Source: Polyangiales bacterium
Lineage (GTDB): Bacteria; Myxococcota_A; Polyangia; Polyangiales; Polyangiaceae
Assembly: GCA_038231275.1 (NCBI GenBank)
Contig: JBBRLQ010000034.1
Span: 1-64,000, forward strand
DNA: 64,000 nucleotides
Direction: 5' to 3'
The first letter of the stretch is position 1. Each line of letters opens with the position of its first letter. Positions 58,639-64,000 of the stretch are shown one piece after another. The translations under genes were made by a program, and so were the position numbers. Under the pieces are notes generated by a model, which saw only the letters and a program-made list of their open reading frames with translations, ran no database searches and was not told the origin of the DNA.

Positions 58639-61362
58639 TCACTTGCAGGGGACGCAGTCGTAGATCTGCTGCCAAGCCAGAAGCGCCGGTGACGTCTGCG
58701 CCACCGGATCGAACTCCATGATCACCTGCAGCCACTCCTGCGACTGCTGCTCGGGCGTTGCGCCGGTACACGTCGGGTCCAGCGGGGTCCCGAAGGTCGC
58801 GAGGTTGCGGAGGTGACCGTCGACGACGCACGCGTCGGTCGTCCAGCCGCTCGTCGTGCTCGTCGCGTTGCCGATGGGGACGGCGGTGCCCCACGTTCCG
58901 GGCGCGCCGCTGCCGTTGTCGGGCGCCGTCTGCGCGGTGAACTTGATCTGCGTTCCCGCCGGAATGTACGACTGCCACTCGAACGCCTGCCACACCGGGC
59001 AGGTGCCCGTCTGGCAGACGCCGCGGTACTGGCGCGTGAACGTCGTCACCGGCAAGGGCGGCGGCGGCGGCGGCGGCGACGGGATGATCACGCCCGTGGT
59101 GCAGGCGGTGAGCTCGAAGAACAGGTACTCGAACATGAGCTCGTTCGGCGTGAGCGGGGGGCCGAGGTTGCAGGTCGGGACGTAGTTGCCGCCCGCGCCC
59201 GACCCGAGCGCCGCGCCGCCCATCGGCGCGCTGGTCCGCGTCGTGTCGATGTGCATTCCGTTGAAGATCGCGCGCCCGCACGCCGGCGAGGCGCCGACGG
59301 GCATGTTGAAGCCAAACGAGAGCTCGTAGTCGCCCGCCGCCGGAGCCCAGCCCGTGTCCGAGGCGCGCACCCAGTCGAAGCCGCCGTTCGCGACCACCGG
59401 GTTGAGCGCCTGCTTGACCGGATCGGGCGTGGGGATGTTCGCCGACCCCGACACGTTCGTCATCCACGTCGCGAATTGGGTGTGGATCGGATCGGCGCCG
59501 ATGATGTGCCCGACGGTGCCGGAGAGCTGGTTCTCGCCCTGCCAGCTCGAAGTGGTGGACCAGGGGTTCAGCGACTGAGCTAGGGGCTGCGCCGTCTTGT
59601 GGTTCATGAAGACTCGCCCGCCACCGTCACCCCACGTCTTGAAGTAGCCCTGCTCGGTGGCGCTCATCCCTTGCTCGAGCCCCGCGCTGCCGCCGCATGG
59701 CATCAGGACGGTGGAGTACGTGTCGAGCGCGGCCTGGCTTCCCCACAGCGTGGTCGCCTCCGGCGCGATCGTGGGCGCGTTGCGCCCGTCGCTGTGGATG
59801 ATCGCCATGCGCGCCCCCGTCGACGGCGCGTCGACGTCGGCCTGATCGACGCCGATCTTGCGGATCAGGCACTCCATGGGTTCGTGCCACCCGGTGACGA
59901 TGGCCGTGAGGGGGATGTCCCCCTCGGTGCGGTTCTTGGGCAGACGGGTCTCCGTAGCGCCGGAGTTGGGGATGGGGTTGTCGACACACGGAGTGATCGT
60001 GGGGACCGTGATCGTGCGGCGCCAGCGGCCGGTCTGGAAGACGACGTCGAAGTTGGTGGTGACGCCGTTCGGCACGTCGAGCTGGAACTTCCCGTCGACG
60101 GCGCTGAACGTGACCGTGTTGAGCGGCGAGCCGACGCTGTCGCACGAGTCGCACGCCACGCCGTTGGGAAGGACTGTGAGCGCGCCCTTCGGGTTGAAGA
60201 CGGTAACGCCCGGCAAAGGCACGTTCTGTCCCGGATCGAAGACCGTCCCGCTCACGGTGGTGCGGCACAGCGTCTGGCAGGCGGTGCAGCCGGTCTTGGC
60301 GAACGCGGCGTTGTTCGAGCACGCGGTGCCGGCAGCGGTCGTGCACTCGGTGAGGTTGACGCCGCCGGGGTTGATGACCGCGAATTTGTCGCCGGACGGG
60401 CCAGGGCAGCCCACCGCGTCCATGCAGGTGCCCGGTCCGAGGCCGCCCGCGGGAACCGTGACGCTGCAGTCCGCGGGGCCGCCGATGGCTGTGCAGCCGT
60501 CCGGCACGCTGGGCGGGTTCGTGTAGTAGATGCTGAGGGCCGTGCCGCCCGGCACCGCGCTGAGGCCGCGGTTGCAGATCGGGAAATTCGGGCCCGCCGA
60601 GTCGCACGGCGCGCCGAGCGTGAGGTCGACGCCGCTGCAGCGCAGATCGACCCATCCCTGGCCCGCGCTGTAGATGCAGTTGCCGCTGGCCTGGTCGCAG
60701 TGGAAGTCCTGCTGGCATTGCGTGTACTCGTTGGCCACGGTGCAGGTGTTCCCAGGCCCGACGTTGAGGTTGGGCGAGCACGTGTCAACGCCTCCCGGCG
60801 TGTCCGAGAAGCCCCCGGCTGCCGCGGCGACGGCGTCGACCGGCGTGATCACGAGTCCGCAATCCCCCGCCGCGTCCACCACCGTGAAGCCGCTCGCGTC
60901 GAGGCCCCCGCACGGATCGTCGGCGAAGTTGTTGCAGTAGGGATCGCAGTCGTTGACCCCGGGCGCGCATGTGGTGCCAGTGCCCTGCAGCCCGAGCGGC
61001 GTGATGAGGCCGCCGAGCGGCGCCCCGATCTGTTTGGAGACGATCTTGATCGTCCCGTCGCATGTCCCCCAGCGGTGATCCGCCCCGCACGTGCGCCTAC
61101 CGATCGAGCACTGCACGTAGTTGCCGAACTTCTCGTCGACCCGACCGCAGTCGACCACCGTGGCCGGCCCATCGCACGGGCAGCCGTCGTTCGGCGTCGA
61201 GCACGCGTTCGGCATTCCAATCCCGCGCGCGTTCGGATCTCCGCCGGCGTTGGGGTTCGCGTTGCCGCAGGCCTGGGTCGCGCCGATCGCGATCGCTACG
61301 GGCAAAAAGAGTGCGGAGCTGAGGGCCGTAATGGCGAGGGACCGCCAGGTGATTTTGGCCAT
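58639..61362 (-). CDS. Large multi-domain Cys-rich secreted protein with carboxypeptidase-regulatory-like domain
   Basis: GGAGG RBS, signal peptide, Cys modules, TTVSGTVFDP..PLP, GRWRR, RLPKNRTEGDIP, ECLIRKIG, poly-Pro linker. Confidence 0.85.
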   Translation of the reverse strand: MAKITWRSLAITALSSALFLPVAIAIGATQACGNANPNAGGDPNARGIGMPNACSTPNDGCPCDGPATVVDCGRVDEKFGNYVQCSIGRRTCGADHRWGTCDGTIKIVSKQIGAPLGGLITPLGLQGTGTTCAPGVNDCDPYCNNFADDPCGGLDASGFTVVDAAGDCGLVITPVDAVAAAAGGFSDTPGGVDTCSPNLNVGPGNTCTVANEYTQCQQDFHCDQASGNCIYSAGQGWVDLRCSGVDLTLGAPCDSAGPNFPICNRGLSAVPGGTALSIYYTNPPSVPDGCTAIGGPADCSVTVPAGGLGPGTCMDAVGCPGPSGDKFAVINPGGVNLTECTTAAGTACSNNAAFAKTGCTACQTLCRTTVSGTVFDPGQNVPLPGVTVFNPKGALTVLPNGVACDSCDSVGSPLNTVTFSAVDGKFQLDVPNGVTTNFDVVFQTGRWRRTITVPTITPCVDNPIPNSGATETRLPKNRTEGDIPLTAIVTGWHEPMECLIRKIGVDQADVDAPSTGARMAIIHSDGRNAPTIAPEATTLWGSQAALDTYSTVLMPCGGSAGLEQGMSATEQGYFKTWGDGGGRVFMNHKTAQPLAQSLNPWSTTSSWQGENQLSGTVGHIIGADPIHTQFATWMTNVSGSANIPTPDPVKQALNPVVANGGFDWVRASDTGWAPAAGDYELSFGFNMPVGASPACGRAIFNGMHIDTTRTSAPMGGAALGSGAGGNYVPTCNLGPPLTPNELMFEYLFFELTACTTGVIIPSPPPPPPPLPVTTFTRQYRGVCQTGTCPVWQAFEWQSYIPAGTQIKFTAQTAPDNGSGAPGTWGTAVPIGNATSTTSGWTTDACVVDGHLRNLATFGTPLDPTCTGATPEQQSQEWLQVIMEFDPVAQTSPALLAWQQIYDCVPCK

Positions 61363-61875
61363 TGCGTCAGATACCTCCGAGCGACCGCCCCCAGTCTCGA
61401 ACGCGGTTGGGCTTAGCAATGAAAGGATAGATCGACTGCGTCTCCGCGCGGGCCAATTTTCGCCGTGCCGCCCGCGGCGAACTCGTGCCCTTTGGCGTAT
61501 GCGCGGCCAGGGCTCCTACGATGTAGGGACACCGCAAGAGGAGCCCCTCAGTGAGTGCAAGCGGCGTGACAGGCGCGCGTGCGCGCGCGCGATCACGATT
61601 CGCCGCCGAACGCTCGCGCGACGATGAGGCTCGCGTGCCCGCGAGGGCGTACTTATTGCGAGGCTCGCTATTCTCTGCGGGCGCAGGGTGTGACCAAGAT
61701 CCCGCCCTTCGCGCAGGTGACGCGCCGACGTGTGCGTTCGCCGCCGTCACGGGGCGATGCACTCGCCTTCCGCCACGTCCCAAGGCGGGACGAGAGAAGC
61801 GTCTCGCTCGTCCCGCATCGGGAAATTTCGGGCCTCGAAATCGGCCATGTCGCTGATTTCTCGCGAGCCCAAGGA

Positions 61876-61891
61876 CGGCCCCATGGTTGCA
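61876..61891 (+). promoter_or_regulatory. Putative sigma54 promoter
   Basis: CGGCCCCATGGTTGCA; ATG 14 nt after the conserved C. Confidence 0.5.
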
Positions 61892-61903
61892 CTAAGGGTC
61901 GGC

Positions 61904-62269
61904 ATGCACTCGACGACGCTCTCCTCGCTCGGTCTGTTCGCCCTCGCGCTCGGCACCTGCCTCGCGATCGGCTGCGGCGGCTCCCCGGACCCGTCCGGCG
62001 GCGGCGGCACGAACACGGACTACAGCGTCCCCACGCCGCAAGGTGCGCCCGTCGGCGAGTCCTGCAACAGCGGCGGCGAAGGCTGCCCGTGCAACAACCT
62101 GGGCGAGCAGGTCGCGTGCAATGCGGGGAAGATCGAGATCGGCAAGTACGTCATGTGCGGCGGCCACAAGACCTGCGACCGCGACACGGGCACGTGGACC
62201 GCGTGCGTTCCGAACGTCACGGTCGACAACGGCTCGGGCACCCCCACGGGCGCGGCGAAGCCGCACTGA
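61904..62269 (+). CDS. Small Cys-rich lipoprotein
   Basis: Lipobox AIGC; GCPC module shared with the divergent large gene. Confidence 0.75.
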   Translation: MHSTTLSSLGLFALALGTCLAIGCGGSPDPSGGGGTNTDYSVPTPQGAPVGESCNSGGEGCPCNNLGEQVACNAGKIEIGKYVMCGGHKTCDRDTGTWTACVPNVTVDNGSGTPTGAAKPH

Positions 62270-62335
62270 AGCATCACGCGGGGCGCCCCGCGCGCGCGAA
62301 GCGCTCCCCGCAGCCGAAGGGCCGTTCTAGATCGT

Positions 62336-63825
62336 TCAGCGGCAGCCCGGCATGCTCGTCGACGGGTCGATGATCGCCGAGTGATCGCCGAAGCCCGAGT
62401 CCATGCACGCCTGCCCGCCGGCGCACTGCGCGCCGAGGGCGATCGTCTGACCGCGGCGCTCGTACGACGAGAACGACTGCAGCTCGCTGCAATACCAGCC
62501 GTCGGCCTTCCCCGCGCACGAGTCCTTCTCGGGCGCGCGCGTGGCAGCGCAGCCCGCGATGGTAGAAGCAGGTGCAGGCACCGGCGCCCGGCGGCTGGAC
62601 GCTCAGGTTGGGATTCGGAAGCTTCAGGCTGTTCTTGCAGCACAAATAGTCCGTGAAGCTCTGCGTCTTGCGCAGCGCAGCGAGCACGTCGCCCACGCTG
62701 CCCTTCGCGCACGCGAGGAGCGCGTCATCGGTCGTCGGCGTCCGTGCTGCGGCGCGGAAGGCAGCGGTGTCCTGACCGCGGGACCTCGATGGAAAACTGG
62801 CAGGCAGCGGGGTCCGCGCCGGCGGCCTTCGACGCCGCACATCCGTCGGCTTCGTAGCCGGCTTTCTGCGTCTCGTCGGGCCAGTTGTTGTACGGGTGGA
62901 GGTTGTAGAAATCGAGCGCATGCAGCAGCTGCGGGCCCGCCGGCTCGGCGAGGATCGCGCCGTAGTAGTCAGTTCACCGCCGCGCCCACGCTGAACTTCG
63001 CGCCGGGGTCGTAACACTCGCTCCCTTTGGTGCGCGCCTTCTCGATGACCGCAAGGACCATGGGCACGAGCAGCTGCGCCGGCAGCCCCGCGATCCCGTC
63101 GGGCTCATTCCATAGTTCGTACACGTGAGGTGTCCCCGATGCGTCGTTTTGCAGACGATCGGCGATGGCCGCGCACGCGAACGTTTGATTGGCGCGCGAG
63201 AACGTGGCCCATGGCGTCGCCGCGCTGGTCGGGTCGTCGCGGTAGGGCTTGTAGCCGTCGAGGTTGCCGATCGTCATGACGACGCCGATCGGCGGCGAGT
63301 GCCCCTTATACTGCGCGAGATTGCGATCGGTGGGCGCGAGGACGCATTGGAGCGCCGCGCGCGCGCTGGCGACGTCGCCCGCAGCGATCGCGGGAATGCT
63401 GCGTGACGCGGGATCGGGCTGCTTGTCGCACGCCCATTTGGGATAGTAGCTCCCGCGAACATGGCCGATGTGGTTTTGGTCGAGCGTCGCGACGGGCTGC
63501 AGATCGTTGACGCCGAAGCGGGCGCCGCGCGCGTGGCTGTCGCGTCGACGGATCCGAGGCTCTTCGCGAACGACGTGAACAGCCTCGTGCGTGTCTGCTC
63601 GTCGAGATCGTCTCCACGCGTGCCGTCCGCTTTCGTGCGCGCGAGATACGAACCGGCGAAGACCGCCGCGACCTCGGAGAAGGGCGCGGGATCGGAGAGG
63701 GCCCACGCGCCCAACAAGACCGCGGCCCCGTGCGCGTCCTTGCCAACGATGTCCACACGCACGCGCCCGTCGTCTGCCGCCGTATCCTCCAGATCGAGCT
63801 CGCCGTCGAGAGGTCGCTCTGCCAT
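62336..63825 (-). pseudogene. Multiply frameshifted clan GH-A (GH5/GH39-like) glycoside hydrolase with Cys-rich tail
   Basis: YELWNEPD in one frame, LDFYNLHPY in the next, CAGKADGWYCS tail in a further segment. Confidence 0.6.
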
Positions 63826-64000
63826 CGCACTCGTTTGGCAGAGACATCGCCCCCTCCACGTTCGCGTGACCGGTTCGAAACGCATCCCGTGACGCCTGGA
63901 AGCTCGTGCGGAATAACCATCGTTTCGGCGTGCGGGGCGAAGTTCGCGCGGACAGGATTTTGGCGGCCACGCGCGTGGCGAGGGCCGACGCGGGTGCTTA

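Overview
GC-rich (roughly 70%) bacterial chromosome segment. Gene content points to Myxococcota, probably Polyangiales (inference): many Cys-rich lipoproteins, a MYXO-CTERM-type protease, DUF2378-like proteins, a Ser/Thr kinase, an FHA protein and several hybrid histidine kinases. About 55 CDS are supportable. They include four hybrid sensor kinases; a stress-type cluster (YihY, hemerythrins, topoisomerase IB); a MoxR-DUF58-transglutaminase operon; def-MarR-pirin; a TolC/MFP/RND/USP efflux operon divergent from a kinase and sigma54-activator pair; a cytochrome c lipoprotein pair; and a 3' array of Cys-rich secreted proteins. No rRNA, tRNA, CRISPR array or transposase/integrase was recognised. 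Main observations: (i) about 15 sigma54-type -24/-12 motifs directly upstream of genes, five at an identical 14-nt distance from the start codon, suggesting near-leaderless sigma54 transcripts; (ii) a complete sigma54 efflux circuit with visible enhancer boxes; (iii) a structured ~150-nt leader ahead of an HTH-like/pilin-head-like chimeric gene; (iv) a stand-alone PcrA/UvrD-type Tudor protein; (v) three broken genes and one gene lacking a canonical start. All family assignments come from motif recognition by eye; no searches were run.
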